64,000 nt of DNA from Longimicrobiales bacterium (GCA_965218295.1 CBDCKN010000012.1:96001-160000), one strand, 5' to 3'; shown: positions 1-11,000, counted from the stretch's first letter. Numbers and translations: made by a program. Notes: generated from the letters alone by a model not told the origin.

Positions 1-730
1 CGAGGGCGTTGGCCAGGCCGAGACCGCGGTCGCGGTGGCCGTGCCAATCCACGCCCACGTCCTCCCCCGAAGGCTCGACGATCTCTTCGATTACGAAGCG
101 GACGAGGGCCCGCACGCCGTCAGGTATGGCATGCCCCACGGTGTCGGCAATGCAGAGCCGGCGGGCGCCCCATCCGATGGCGTGTCCGTAAAGGGCCTTG
201 AGCGTCTCGGGCCTGGCCCGCACGGTGTCCTCCGTCACGAACATCACCGGCAGACCCTCCGCGACGGCGAAGCTCACCGCCTCTTCGGACACCGTGAGCA
301 TCTTGTCCAGGGTCCAGTCCTCGGCGTACTGCCGAATCGGCGAGCTACCGATGAACGTGCAGGCCTCGATGGCAATTCCCATCGCCTGGGAGATCTCCGC
401 GATGGGGCGCACGTCGGCCACGACCGTGCGGGCGGCACAGTTGGCCTCGATGGACAGGTCCGCCTCCACGATCTCGGTGGCCAGCGCTCGAACGGCCTCG
501 ACGGCTCGAGGGCCCGCGCCGGGGAGGCCGATGTCGGCCGTATGGATGCCCAACTCATCCATGAGATGGAGGAGTCGGATCTTCGCTTCGATGGGGGGAT
601 CCACCACGGACGGATTCTGAAGCCCGTCTCGTAGAGTCTCGTCATCGAGCTGGATGCCAGACACCGAGCCCCAGTCGAACGCGTCGCTATCGGCCGAGTT
701 CCAGTCGTGAATGAGGTCCTGCTCGTCCAT
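1..730 (-). CDS. LeuA-family (2-isopropylmalate synthase-like, DRE-TIM) enzyme, 3' end runs off the window
   Basis: Manual translation from ATG at 730: MDEQDLIHDWN...DETLRDGLQ...EDTVRA...IADTVG...WHGHRDRGL. Carries the DRE and HxH motifs. Confidence 0.85.
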   Translation of the reverse strand, partial: MDEQDLIHDWNSADSDAFDWGSVSGIQLDDETLRDGLQNPSVVDPPIEAKIRLLHLMDELGIHTADIGLPGAGPRAVEAVRALATEIVEADLSIEANCAARTVVADVRPIAEISQAMGIAIEACTFIGSSPIRQYAEDWTLDKMLTVSEEAVSFAVAEGLPVMFVTEDTVRARPETLKALYGHAIGWGARRLCIADTVGHAIPDGVRALVRFVIEEIVEPSGEDVGVDWHGHRDRGLGLANAL

Positions 731-899
731 GGCCGTTGGGTTGAGTCGCCGCTGAAGTGAGACCCCGGCCCAGCCGGTGCTCGCACGCAAGATAGCCCGG
801 GGCATGCGAATCCTACAGGCGGCGACGGGTCTCGAGCGTCTCGCAGAAGTCGGGTGGGCATCGTTTGACGCGCCAGCCGTGGGCGCCGAGCTTGGACCC

Positions 900-2111
900 A
901 TGTCTCATCCCGCGCTGCCCGCCGTGACTGAGCTCCTGGACCATCCGGGGGTCCGAGCCGCCCGAGACCACATCATGGCCACCGACGAGCGCACGCTCGA
1001 AGATCAGGTGGAGCTCACGGAGATTCCCTCCCCGCCGTTCGGCGAGGAGGCCCGTGGTCGGCGGATGGCGGAGCTCCTCGAGGAGGCCGGGCTGATCGAT
1101 CTCCGCACGGACAGCACCGGCAATGTCGTGGGGATGCGGCACGGCCTGGAAGCCGGGAGTCCGGTCGTTGTGTCGGCTCACCTGGACACCGTATTCCCCG
1201 CCGAAACGGACGTTACGGTGCGGAGCGATGACGGTGTCCTCCGGGCCCCGGGTATCTCCGATGATGGGCGGGGCCTGGCTGCGCTGCTCGCGGTGGTGAG
1301 AGCTCTCTCCGAAGCCGATGTGCCGACCCTGAGGCCCGTTCTCTTCGTGGCCACCGTGGGCGAGGAGGGGAGCGGAGACCTGAGGGGCGTAAAGCACCTC
1401 TTTCGTGACGGGGGACCCGCCCACGACGCGTCCGCGTTCATCTCACTCGATGGCGCAGGCGCCCGGACGGTGGTGAACCGGGGACTCGGCGCTCGGCGTT
1501 TCCGGGTCACGCTCCGCGGCCGAGGAGGGCATTCATGGGTGGACTGGGGCATCCCCAACCCGATTCATGCCCTCGGGCGGGCCGTGGGAGCCCTCGCGGC
1601 CTGGCCCACGCCGACTCGCCCGTCTCTGAGCCTCACCATCTCGCGTTTCGGGGGTGGCACAAGCGTGAACACGATCCCCGTCGAGGCCTGGGCGGAGCTC
1701 GACGTGCGGAGCGAGTCGGAGCAGCACCTGGCGGTGGCCGAGAAGCGGGTCCGGGCCATTCTGAGACGCTCCGTGGAGGAGGAGAATTCGGGCACAGCCG
1801 AAGAGTCGTACCGGCTCGATCTGCAGATCACGCTCATCGGCGATCGGCCTGCGGGGGCCACGGCCACCGACTCCCCGCTCGTGGAGGCGGCGCTGGCCGC
1901 GACGCGAGCCCTCGATATCGAGCCTGAGCTGGTGGCCTCTTCCACGGACGCCAACCTCCCCATGTCACTGGGGATCCCGGCCATCACCCTTGGAGCCGGA
2001 GGCGAGGCGGGTGAGGCCCACACACTGGAAGAGTGGTATCGAAACACGGGGGGACCGGAGGGAGTGTGCCGCGCGCTCAACACGGTGCTCCTGATGGCGG
2101 GAGTGACGTGA
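900..2111 (+). CDS. M20/M25/M40 family metallo-hydrolase
   Basis: SAHLDTVF, PGISDDGRG, VGEEG, GGHSW and AHTLEE motifs. Start chosen at ATG 900. Confidence 0.9.
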   Translation: MSHPALPAVTELLDHPGVRAARDHIMATDERTLEDQVELTEIPSPPFGEEARGRRMAELLEEAGLIDLRTDSTGNVVGMRHGLEAGSPVVVSAHLDTVFPAETDVTVRSDDGVLRAPGISDDGRGLAALLAVVRALSEADVPTLRPVLFVATVGEEGSGDLRGVKHLFRDGGPAHDASAFISLDGAGARTVVNRGLGARRFRVTLRGRGGHSWVDWGIPNPIHALGRAVGALAAWPTPTRPSLSLTISRFGGGTSVNTIPVEAWAELDVRSESEQHLAVAEKRVRAILRRSVEEENSGTAEESYRLDLQITLIGDRPAGATATDSPLVEAALAATRALDIEPELVASSTDANLPMSLGIPAITLGAGGEAGEAHTLEEWYRNTGGPEGVCRALNTVLLMAGVT

Positions 2112-2138
2112 CCGGACACGCCGCGCGCAGCCCCTCCT

Positions 2139-3140
2139 CTATTGACCGCCGATGATCTCCGAGTGGTCGACGACGCTGAGCTGGCCCCGGAACGCCCGCA
2201 CCCGGGAGTGAGACCCCACCAGCGAGCCCCGCAGGTCGGACCACTCGATGACGGCATCGCTTCCGACCATGGTATCGACCAGAGTGGAGCCCTCTATCCG
2301 GGCGCCGGACTCGACCGTGACGTTGGGCCCTAGCGTGCAACCCATAATCAACGCACCGTCCTCTACACGAACCGGCTCGATGAGGTTGGAGCCCTCGACC
2401 GTGGCGGAGTCGTCGACGCCTGCCCGGCCTCCTTCCAACAGGTACCGATTGGTGTCGAGCAGCGTCTCCGGCTTACCGCAGTCGTACCAGCCATCCACGG
2501 GAGCCACGTGGATCTTGGCTCCCTGGTCCACCATGTACTGGAAAGCGTCTGTGAGGTAGAACTCGGCGGCCGGCCCCGGCTCTGAGGCCAGCGTATGGGC
2601 GATCCCCTCGAACAGAAGCCGCCAGTCTCTGATGTAGTAGAGCCCGATGTTGGCGAGCTTGGAGATGGGCTCGGAGGGCTTCTCTACGATGCGGACCATG
2701 TGGCCGTCTTCGTCGGTGAGGATGACCCCGTAGCGCTGGTAGTCCTCCACTTCCTTGGCCCAGATGACGCCCCCCGCGCTCTCCTCGACACGGTGCACGA
2801 GAGTGAGATCGGCGTCGAAGAGGGTGTCGACGAAGAGGATCAGCACGTCGTCGTCCACGAAGGGCTCGGCCAGCGCCACGGCTCCGGCCGTTCCGTCCTG
2901 GACCTCCTGAACAACGTAGTGGGCGGTGATCTGCGGATAGGTCTCGGCGATATACGCCTCGATAACCCCCCGGAGATAGCCCACAATGAACACGATTTCC
3001 TGCACCCCGAGGTCGGCGAGATCGTCCAGGATGTAGCTCATCACCGGTCGACCGGCCACGCGTATCAGGGGCTTGGGCGTGACGTGAGCGTGGGGACGAA
3101 GGCGAGTACCCTTTCCGGCCAGTGGAATTATAGCTTTCAT
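2139..3140 (-). CDS. Sugar-phosphate nucleotidyltransferase with C-terminal left-handed beta-helix
   Basis: MKAIIPLAGKGTRLRP...PKPL, IVEKP, WYDCG, followed by hexapeptide-like repeats. Confidence 0.9.
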   Translation of the reverse strand: MKAIIPLAGKGTRLRPHAHVTPKPLIRVAGRPVMSYILDDLADLGVQEIVFIVGYLRGVIEAYIAETYPQITAHYVVQEVQDGTAGAVALAEPFVDDDVLILFVDTLFDADLTLVHRVEESAGGVIWAKEVEDYQRYGVILTDEDGHMVRIVEKPSEPISKLANIGLYYIRDWRLLFEGIAHTLASEPGPAAEFYLTDAFQYMVDQGAKIHVAPVDGWYDCGKPETLLDTNRYLLEGGRAGVDDSATVEGSNLIEPVRVEDGALIMGCTLGPNVTVESGARIEGSTLVDTMVGSDAVIEWSDLRGSLVGSHSRVRAFRGQLSVVDHSEIIGGQ

Positions 3141-3259
3141 GTGGGCGGACATTATGGGGCGCAGGTATCCGGGGCAATCGACGAAAGGGGAACACTGGTG
3201 CGGAGTGCGGGTCAAGACATCCGCTGCCGAACGACTCCTTCCATGAATCGAGAGGGAAT

Positions 3260-4042
3260 GTGATTCGCTGCCTCCTCGCCGCCTGGGCGATCGCGGGATG
3301 CGCCTCGGCTCCCGCTCCGGAAGGACCCAACCTCGACAATCCCGGTGACCCGAGCCGAATGTACCTGTACCAGGTAGATCCTCAGGCCGTGGCGGGCATA
3401 GCCGTCGATACGGTTGGTACAGTGGAGGTCACGGGGTACGGGGAGGTCACGGTCGACCCCGACCGGGTAGAGATCAGCTTCGCCGTAGAGACCGAAGCCG
3501 AGTCTGCCCACGCGGCCACCACCGAGAACGCGGAGCGCATGGAGGCCGTGATCGTGGCCCTCCGGGACACCGAGCTCGAGGGTCTGCGAATCGAGACGCA
3601 CGGCTACAACCTCCAGCCGAGGTACCGCAGAGCCAACCGGAACGAGCCCCAGGCAAACCGGATCGTGGGCTATCAGGCGCTGAATAACGTTCGCGTGAGC
3701 GTGGCCGACATCTCGGCCGCGGGTCCTCTCATCGACGCGGCCATCGATGCCGGCGCCAACCGAGTCGCGAGCCTTGTGTTCCTGGCCACGGAGACAGAAC
3801 ATGCTCGTCTGGAAGCCTTACGCATGGCCGTGGAAAAGGCCCGCCGAGAGGCCGAGGTCATTGCCGAGGCCATGGGCGTGCCCCTCGGGCCACCCCTAGA
3901 GGTCAGGGGCACCCCCGCCACCGTCGCACCATTGCGGGCCCGGGCCAGTCTGGCCATAGCCGCCGAAGCGCTGACACCTGTGGAGCCCACTCGGCAAACG
4001 ATCCGAGCCACCGTCACCATTCGATATCGCCTTGGAGGCTAA
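3260..4042 (+). CDS. SIMPL (DUF541) domain lipoprotein
   Basis: Lipobox IAGC; VEVTGYGEVTVDPD...GANRV...A..KARREAE.IA motifs. Confidence 0.85.
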   Translation: MIRCLLAAWAIAGCASAPAPEGPNLDNPGDPSRMYLYQVDPQAVAGIAVDTVGTVEVTGYGEVTVDPDRVEISFAVETEAESAHAATTENAERMEAVIVALRDTELEGLRIETHGYNLQPRYRRANRNEPQANRIVGYQALNNVRVSVADISAAGPLIDAAIDAGANRVASLVFLATETEHARLEALRMAVEKARREAEVIAEAMGVPLGPPLEVRGTPATVAPLRARASLAIAAEALTPVEPTRQTIRATVTIRYRLGG

Positions 4043-4484
4043 CCGGTTGCTGAGAGAACGCCTCGAACGAGCCCTCACCATCAATCGGGCCGAGACCGAC
4101 CCCCGGTCCGACGATCCCCGACTTCTGGGGCGAACCTACGCCATTACCTTCGATCAGGTCTGGACTGCGTGTCTTGTTCTGGTCGAGCGGCCTCGACACT
4201 GGACCCTGCTCCAGGCCAACGATCTGGACGGCTACCTAAGGGTCAAGTGCCAGACCCTGGTCTTCAATTTCATCGACGACTTCGAGATCCGGATCGGCCT
4301 GGACGAGCACGCCATGACGCGGGTCGACGTCAAATCCCGGTCCCGCAGGGGTAGAGCGGATCTGGGGACCAACGCCCGCCGCATCGGCCGCTTCTTGCGG
4401 CGTCTCGATCGGATCCTGGATGCCGAAGACGGGGCGATCCTGGATCCCACTCACCTGGAGACATGGAACGCGGAAGTTGGATGA
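4032..4484 (+). CDS. DUF1499 domain protein
   Basis: LTINRAET, F.F.DD, RVDVKSRSRRGRADLGTNARRI. Confidence 0.8.
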   Translation: MEANRLLRERLERALTINRAETDPRSDDPRLLGRTYAITFDQVWTACLVLVERPRHWTLLQANDLDGYLRVKCQTLVFNFIDDFEIRIGLDEHAMTRVDVKSRSRRGRADLGTNARRIGRFLRRLDRILDAEDGAILDPTHLETWNAEVG

Positions 4485-5428
4485 GGGGCGGAAGCTCCGT
4501 TCGATTCCGGGCCCTGCTCGCCGTGTGCTTCCTCCTGACCGGATGTGGTCAGGATGCTCCCCAACCTCGGGCGGCGGCTCAGGGACCCACACCCGACGCC
4601 GACCCCGACCGAAACCTCGACGACCGGGTTTACGAACGGAACGTCGTATTCATAACGGCTGGCGCGGACAGCACCATCATTGTCCCGTGGCTCTTCCGAT
4701 CCTCCGCCTCCGAGCGGGGCGTCGAGCGAATCGCAGAAGGGTGGCTCGCACGAGCCGGGCTCTGGGAGCCCTTCTTCACCGACCGATGGGACTCTCCATG
4801 GACGCGGTCCCCGTTTCGCATCCACCCGCGCGGCGCCATGGATCTGGTGGTGGGCCCGGAGGATGTCCTGGAGGAGATTCTCTACGCGGAGGGCCACAGG
4901 CAGCTGGAGGTCATCATTGACGAGGGGATGTCGGACTGGAGCGGAGGTCGGGGGGAGACCTTCCGCATTCATCAAGGCGCCGTTCACTTCGGGAATCTGC
5001 GGATCGAAGGCATGGTCCTCGATATGAGCCGGGTTCACCTTCGGGAGGGCCCGTTTCCCGGCGAGTGGATGTTCCTCACCGGGCCCGGGCGTCTGGCCCT
5101 CATGATCGAGGAGACAGGCGGATCCCCGAGCTACACGGCCTGGGGCAGACGAGGTGAGGAGGAGTATCGCTGGCCGGAGATGGAGGTGGAGTGGAGCTCG
5201 GTGCGATCGTTCGAGGAGGCGCGGCGAGACGTTCCGGTGGCTTGGGAGATCCGGTCCACCGACGGGAAGATGGAGCTCTCGCTCGTCAGCACCGGCATGG
5301 AGCTACGCTCCGTGGCGGGAGAAGGACCGCTCCTTCCTGTGGAGGGCCTCTATCAGGTCTCCGGCCCCCTCGTCATAGCAGGGGATTCCCTTGAGGTGCG
5401 GGGGCTCGTGCGCCACGTACAGCGCTAG
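4481..5428 (+). CDS. Hypothetical lipoprotein
   Basis: ATGA overlap with the upstream stop; lipobox LTGC; long ORF with host codon usage. Confidence 0.7.
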   Translation: MRGGSSVRFRALLAVCFLLTGCGQDAPQPRAAAQGPTPDADPDRNLDDRVYERNVVFITAGADSTIIVPWLFRSSASERGVERIAEGWLARAGLWEPFFTDRWDSPWTRSPFRIHPRGAMDLVVGPEDVLEEILYAEGHRQLEVIIDEGMSDWSGGRGETFRIHQGAVHFGNLRIEGMVLDMSRVHLREGPFPGEWMFLTGPGRLALMIEETGGSPSYTAWGRRGEEEYRWPEMEVEWSSVRSFEEARRDVPVAWEIRSTDGKMELSLVSTGMELRSVAGEGPLLPVEGLYQVSGPLVIAGDSLEVRGLVRHVQR

Positions 5429-5452
5429 AGGCCTGTTGAAAGAGGTAGCTGC

Positions 5453-7021
5453 GTGCCCGACGAGCTGATCCGCGCGCTGATCACCATCGGCTTCGGAGCC
5501 CTCGCAGGAGGGCTCACCAACTCGGTGGCGATCTGGATGCTCTTCCATCCCTACGAGCCCCCGCGTGTCGGGAGCCGGAACCTCAAGATGCTCCAGGGGG
5601 CTATTCCCAAGAACCAGCCTCGCCTGGCGGCTGCCGTGGGACGTACCGTGGGCACGCGCCTCCTCACCGAAGAGGATCTGGGAGAGATCTTCAGCGATCA
5701 GGAGTTCCGGGCCGCCTTCGACGGCCACCTCTCCGGCTTCCTGGATGCCCTCCTCCACAGGGAGAGGGGCTCGGTGCTTGACCTCTTTCCCGAGGACATG
5801 CACGAGCAGGTTGAGGGGATCGTGGACGACGTGGCGACGTTCGGACTCGAGCGCCTGCACGAGTACCTGCAGTCGGACCGCTTCGCCGAGACGGTCTCGG
5901 CGCGAGCCGGGGACATCGTCCACTCCATCGCTGACGAGCCGGTGGCCGGCATCCTGACGCCCGCCCGCGAGGGGGCCATCTCGGAGGCCGTGGACGATTG
6001 GATTACGGGAGCGGTCGAAAGCGAGGACTTCAGCCGGGCCATCGACGAATACCTGGATCGCGCGGCCCGGAGGCTCCTCGAGCCCCGACGCACCTTCGAA
6101 GAGATCCTTCCGCTGGGTCTGGTAGGAGCCGTCGAGAAGGGCATCACCGCCTACCTCCCGCTCGCGATCCAGCGCCTGGGGTCACTGCTGGAGGACAAGG
6201 AGGCGCGCGCGAAGTTCGAGACCTTCATCCACGACCTCCTCCATCGCTTCCTGGGCGACCTCAAGTTCCATCAGAGGGTGGTCGCCAAGCTCATCATCAC
6301 CGAGTCCACTGTGGACACGGTCCTGGACACCATTGAGGCCGAAGGGGCGGAGCGCCTAGCTGAGATACTCCAGGAGGAGGCCATACAGGACGCCATGGCC
6401 CGGGGGATCAACGACGCCATCGTGGACTTCCTGAGGCGGCCCGTAACGTCGGTGCTCGGAGAGCCGGACGACCCCAGCGTGGTGGACGCTCGGACGACGG
6501 TGGTGGGATGGTTCGTCGGTCTGGCACAGGACCCCACGTCGCGCAGCTTCGTGGTCGAGAAGCTCGAGGTGGCACTGGAAAAGGTGGGGGCCCGGACGTG
6601 GGGCGAGGTGTTCGAAAAGCTGCCGCCCGACCGGGTGGCCGAGTGGCTGGTGGCCGGGGCACGGAGTGAGGCGGCGACCACCCTCTACCGGGAGGCCGCG
6701 AGCCGGCTCTCGAAGAACATCCTGGAGCGCCCCATCGGGACTCCCGCCAACTGGCTCCCCGAGGGAGCCTCCCGAACCGCCGAAGAGACCCTCGGCAACC
6801 CGGTCTGGGAGTGGCTTCAGACCCAGGTGCCCGACGTGATACAGCAGATCGACGTTGCCGGACGTGTGGAGGAGAAGGTCCTGGCCTTCCCGCCCGCCAA
6901 GATGGAAGAGTTCGTCAAAAAGGTCACGCACAAGGAGCTCAAGATCATCGTGCGGCTGGGTTATCTGTTGGGAGGCTTCATCGGGATCGCTCTGGTGATC
7001 CTGAACAGCCTCTGGGGCTGA
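5453..7021 (+). CDS. DUF445 family membrane protein
   Basis: GALAGGLTNSVAIWMLFHP...QGAIPK at the N-terminus; ELKIIVRLGYLLGGFIG at the C-terminus. Confidence 0.9.
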   Translation: MPDELIRALITIGFGALAGGLTNSVAIWMLFHPYEPPRVGSRNLKMLQGAIPKNQPRLAAAVGRTVGTRLLTEEDLGEIFSDQEFRAAFDGHLSGFLDALLHRERGSVLDLFPEDMHEQVEGIVDDVATFGLERLHEYLQSDRFAETVSARAGDIVHSIADEPVAGILTPAREGAISEAVDDWITGAVESEDFSRAIDEYLDRAARRLLEPRRTFEEILPLGLVGAVEKGITAYLPLAIQRLGSLLEDKEARAKFETFIHDLLHRFLGDLKFHQRVVAKLIITESTVDTVLDTIEAEGAERLAEILQEEAIQDAMARGINDAIVDFLRRPVTSVLGEPDDPSVVDARTTVVGWFVGLAQDPTSRSFVVEKLEVALEKVGARTWGEVFEKLPPDRVAEWLVAGARSEAATTLYREAASRLSKNILERPIGTPANWLPEGASRTAEETLGNPVWEWLQTQVPDVIQQIDVAGRVEEKVLAFPPAKMEEFVKKVTHKELKIIVRLGYLLGGFIGIALVILNSLWG

Positions 7022-7056
7022 TACTGCGCGGGCTTCAAGCCCTCGGCTTCAGGCCC

Positions 7057-7314
7057 CTAGTCTTCCGAGCGCTTCTGCGACCGGTCCCAGGTGACGGCCG
7101 TCTTGAAGTGTCGGCGCTCACGCCGTCGCTCGGAGGCCCGCTCTCCTACCTTGAGGTAGTTGAGCCACATGAAGTGGCGCTTGGCCTTCCGGGGCCGCCC
7201 TTTGCCCATGCGGGCGGAGACTTCTTCGGGTGATTGGGTGTAGCGAGCACCCCCCAGGTAGATCCCCAGGGCGAGCGCAGCCACACCCACCAGGATCTTG
7301 AGAAAGAGGACCAA
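7057..7314 (-). CDS. Small membrane-anchored basic hypothetical protein
   Basis: 85-aa ORF with an N-terminal hydrophobic helix and an Arg/Lys-rich tail. Confidence 0.6.
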   Translation of the reverse strand: MVLFLKILVGVAALALGIYLGGARYTQSPEEVSARMGKGRPRKAKRHFMWLNYLKVGERASERRRERRHFKTAVTWDRSQKRSED

Positions 7315-7351
7315 CCTTGTCTCCGGTTGGGTCGGGTCGCTTCGACCGCCC

Positions 7352-7498
7352 TCAGGCCCGTCCGATGGACTCCAAGAGGAGGAGGGCCAGACCCGTTGCC
7401 AGAATGATGGACACGGCGGTGGTGCCTACCGTCACCAATCCCACGACCGTCCAGAACACGATGTGGATGAAGTTGTAGCCACCCGGAAGAAGATCCAT
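7352..7498 (-). CDS. 48-aa hydrophobic small protein (not in ORF track)
   Basis: Manual translation MDLLPGGYNFIHIVFWTVVGLVTVGTTAVSIILATGLALLLLESIGRA*; fills the gap between TerB and the 85-aa ORF. Confidence 0.5.
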   Translation of the reverse strand: MDLLPGGYNFIHIVFWTVVGLVTVGTTAVSIILATGLALLLLESIGRA

Positions 7499-7576
7499 CG
7501 CTCTGCGTGTTGAGGTTCTAGTCGCCTACGCCCCCGGAATATGCGGAAGGCGCGATCGGTCTTCAATGGGCCGTCG

Positions 7577-8077
7577 TCAGTCGGGCCTTTGCCCGTGCAG
7601 GTGGGCATCGTGACCGGCCGAATCTCTACGGACCTCCACCCTCTTCTTCACGTCCGCCAGGTAGCCCGGAGACAGGTCCAGAAGGTTACAGACCTTCCTC
7701 AGAAGAGACTCTTCGTGGCTCGACAGCTGGCCGTCAGCGTAGACGAGCCCCCACATGACCTCCATCAGGACCATCTTTTGCCCCAGGGAGTAGTTGGCCT
7801 TGATGAGCTTGGTGAACTGATAGAGGTCCACGGCCTCCCCCCGGGCCAGCTCGGCCAGCTCGATGAGCGCCTCGGCGTGATCCTCGTCGAGTCCGTACTG
7901 CCTCCGCACAGCCGAGGTCACGTGCCGCCTCTCATCCTCCGTGAACTCGTCGTCCGCGTAGGCGAGCTCGATGAGGAGGGCGCACGCGGCCAGGCGTATG
8001 TCCTCGTCACCCAACTCCTCCTCGCCGGCCGGAGGGGTCATGGAAGAGCCGAAAAATGATTTTATGGCATCAAGCAT
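7577..8077 (-). CDS. TerB family (tellurite-resistance-like) protein
   Basis: LAACALLIELAYAD...DLYQFT.LI...VYADG.LSSHE...RK...LL. Confidence 0.85.
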   Translation of the reverse strand: MLDAIKSFFGSSMTPPAGEEELGDEDIRLAACALLIELAYADDEFTEDERRHVTSAVRRQYGLDEDHAEALIELAELARGEAVDLYQFTKLIKANYSLGQKMVLMEVMWGLVYADGQLSSHEESLLRKVCNLLDLSPGYLADVKKRVEVRRDSAGHDAHLHGQRPD

Positions 8078-8185
8078 CGATCGCTCCTTGCCTCGATCGC
8101 TGATGCGGTGGCCGCAGTGTCCGACTCAAACTCGGGGATGATGCTAACGCGGCGCCGGAGCCTGGGCCAGGTGGCCGGCCCCACA

Positions 8186-9887
8186 CTAGAGCTCCAGCGC
8201 TCGCACCTTCCGCACCCCGGCCCTGAGGGGAAGGGCAATGGAGATGGCTGTCAAAACGAGGGCGCCCGAGGCCCCCAGGACGAGCGGCAGGATCCCCGCC
8301 GACCCGCCCTGCGCCTGGAAGCGAACCAGCAGGAGGCGGTAAACGGGCCACGCAAGGAGGACCACGACACCGGTCAGGTAGCTGACGGCCGCCATCATGA
8401 ACATGAGACCCCCGAACGACGTGGGAATCTCGGCCATGTTGTCGGTGTCGTAGTTCGGATAGAGGGCCCCGAACCCGAGGGCCAGAGCCGTTATGGCCAG
8501 GGTGATGCCGATCATGGCCACGGTGGTGATCACCAGGATCAGCGTCGTCGCCTCGAGGATGATGTTCGTGATCACGATGAGGGGGAGAGCCACAAGAAGA
8601 AGGGGGATGGTTCCCACCCAGTACTTCGTCAGGAACAGGGTACGTACATCGAGGGGCGACGACCTCAACAGCCACGTCATCCTACCTTCCAGGGACATAC
8701 CCGGGAATACGAACCGGGCAGCGATGGCGGCAACCACGAATCCCGCGAGCCCCAGGTTCAGGAAGGAAACGGCGTTGATGAGGAAGAAGGAGACCTGCTC
8801 ACCGGTGTAGAGCGGGAGCAGCTTGATGTTGTAGACGTACACCACCACCAGGACGCCCAAAGAGGATGAGCTGCGACCACTGAGTAGCGTCCCGGAAGAA
8901 GACCCGGATCTCCTTGGCCACGAGCTGGCGGGTCGCAGGAGCGGTCCAGGCGAAGCACCTCTCCAGCTTGGTCGTCCGGACCCGATCCTCCTTGCGCTCG
9001 GCACCCTCCTGGGCCCGGGTGAATCCCGACCGAAAGAAGCGATCGTGGAGCCAGGCGCCCCCTACGAAGACGGCCGCGGCAGTGCTCCACAGGAGCCAGA
9101 ACGGGAACGGATCGAACACCCCGTTGAGGTGGGACATGAGCGTGCCCGCTACCCACTCGTTGGGGAGCCAGGGAGACGTCGGCGACCTCAGCACCGCCAT
9201 GAAGTCCACCAGGTCGCGGAACTCCTCAGGACTCACGAGGCGCTCCGGCCGGAGGAACCGGAAGAGGACCACCACGCTCGCCGCAGCGAAAAGCCCGATG
9301 AGAGCCAGGAGCTCTCTGGTGCGCCGGGCCGGGAACACGTTCACGAGGATCAGTGTGAAAGCCGTCCCGAGAACGGCTGGGATCACCAGGTACGGGATCA
9401 GCGGGACGACGGCGAGACCGTAGAAGGACCATCCGGCTCCGTACACCACTCCGTAGGCCGCCAGGAGTGGAATCGCCAGGAGGGCCACCATCCAAGAGGA
9501 GTCCACGATCGTCTCCACGAGCCGTGCCCCGTAGAGCTTCACGGAGTCCACGGGCGAAGCCACGAGGAGCTCCATGTCCCTCGAGAGGAAGTACGTGGAG
9601 AGCGCGGTGATGACGTTGGAGAGGAGTAGGATCATCAGGAAGGTCAGGAGCGCCAGCCCGAGCAGCTTCCCGGCCAGCAGGTCGCCGATGCCCTGGGTTC
9701 CCCGGAAGTACAGCAGCATCCGGAAGATGACCACGAAGATGAACGACCAGAAGAACAGCCCGACGAAGGCGAGCACGCCCCACTTGAAGAGGTGTCCCTC
9801 CTCGCTCTTGGTCCGGTGGAGCTTCGACCGGATCTTCGGCCGGAGCAGCCAGAGGATCCCGGGACCGCGGAAGGTGGTGTCGTTCAC
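8186..9887 (-). CDS. ABC-2-type exporter permease; apparent +1 frameshift at 8859-8861
   Basis: Two overlapping ORFs join (…RDATQWSQLIL|LGVLVVVYVYN…ARFVFPGMSLEG) if one T of CTCTTTGGGC is removed. GTG start at 9887. Confidence 0.8.
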
Positions 9888-10072
9888 TAGCGTTCCGTTG
9901 CCGAAGTTCGCGAGCCACCAAGAGGGGCGGGGCGCCGTGGGATCAAGGCGGGACGACGCGGCGTAGCGCAAGCGGGCACCGCGCGAAGCGTGGTCGCAAG
10001 GAGTTCCACCGCCGAGCCCACGGATGCACCGTGCCCTCGACTGGCCGAGACACTTTGGAAACGGGACACTAG
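9887..10072. mobile_element. MITE copy 1 (186 bp including the duplicated CTAG)
   Basis: CTAG at both ends (9887-9890, 10069-10072). Imperfect terminal inverted repeats CGTTCCGTTGCCGAAGT / TGTCCCGTTTCCAAAGT (13/17). Ends match copies at 20746 and 45535. Confidence 0.8.
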
Positions 10073-10924
10073 GTCTCCTGAAGGCTGGCCACCACGTCCG
10101 CCATGTCCTCGTCCCCGGTTACCTTGAGGAAGATCTCTTCGAGGTGGGCCTCGCCGGAGTCGACCTGCGCGCGAAGGTCGTCCATGGTGCCCTTCGCGAT
10201 GATGTCGCCGTCACGGATGATGGCGATGCGGTCGCACACGGCCTCCACGACCTCGAGGGTGTGGCTCGAGAGAAAGACCGTCCCTCCCCGCTTCGCGAAG
10301 GCTCGGAACAGATCCTTCAGAATTCTGGCAGACCTGGGATCGAGGCCCACCATTGGCTCATCCACCACGATGAGCTCGGGTTGATGGATCAGCGCCGAGG
10401 TGATGAGGAGCTTCTGGCGCATCCCGTGGGAGTTAGCTCTCGATGAGCTCGTCCTTCCACTCGAGGAGGCTGAAGACCTCGAGGAGTCCGTTCGCCCGCT
10501 CTTCCGACGCGTCCTCGTCCTTGCCCCAGAGGCCCGCCACGAAGCGCAGGAACTCACCTCCCGAGAGCTTTTCGTAGAGGTAGGGCCGGTCGGGGATGTA
10601 CCCGATGCGGGACTTGGCGTGGACGGGATGGACCTCCAGGTTGTTCCCTCCGATGAGGATCGTGCCCTCAGTCGGCTCGAGCACACCGGCCACCATCCGA
10701 ATCGTGGTCGTCTTTCCGGCACCGTTGGGACCGAGGAATCCGAAGATCTCGCCCCGGGGCACCGTGAGGTCGATGCCGTTGACGGCGGTGAAGCCCCCAT
10801 AACGTTTCACGACTCCCTCGAGCTGGAGCATTTCCGGGGTCGCGTCTTCCCCCGGCCCCACACCGTCCATGAGTTGGGCGAGGCGGGCCTCGAGGCCGGA
10901 GCTCGTTCGGGGGACTTCGGTCAT
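10069..10924 (-). CDS. ABC transporter ATP-binding protein; apparent +1 frameshift at 10433-10434
   Basis: Walker A GPNGAGKTT in the first ORF; SHGMRQK, VVDEPMVGLDP and SSH in the second. Removing one A (AGC TAAC -> AGC TAC) restores IESYSHGM. Confidence 0.85.
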
Positions 10925-11000
10925 TGAGAATCCGTTGCTCGGCCAGGTCCTTAGGGAGGCCCACCAGACTTGTGCAGAGGCTCGCTAGGGAACCACTGCA

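Noticed and set aside
5425..5446. CTAGAGGCCTGTTGAAA after a stop codon, reminiscent of an IS end
   Set aside because: No partner end or second copy in the window; too short to support.
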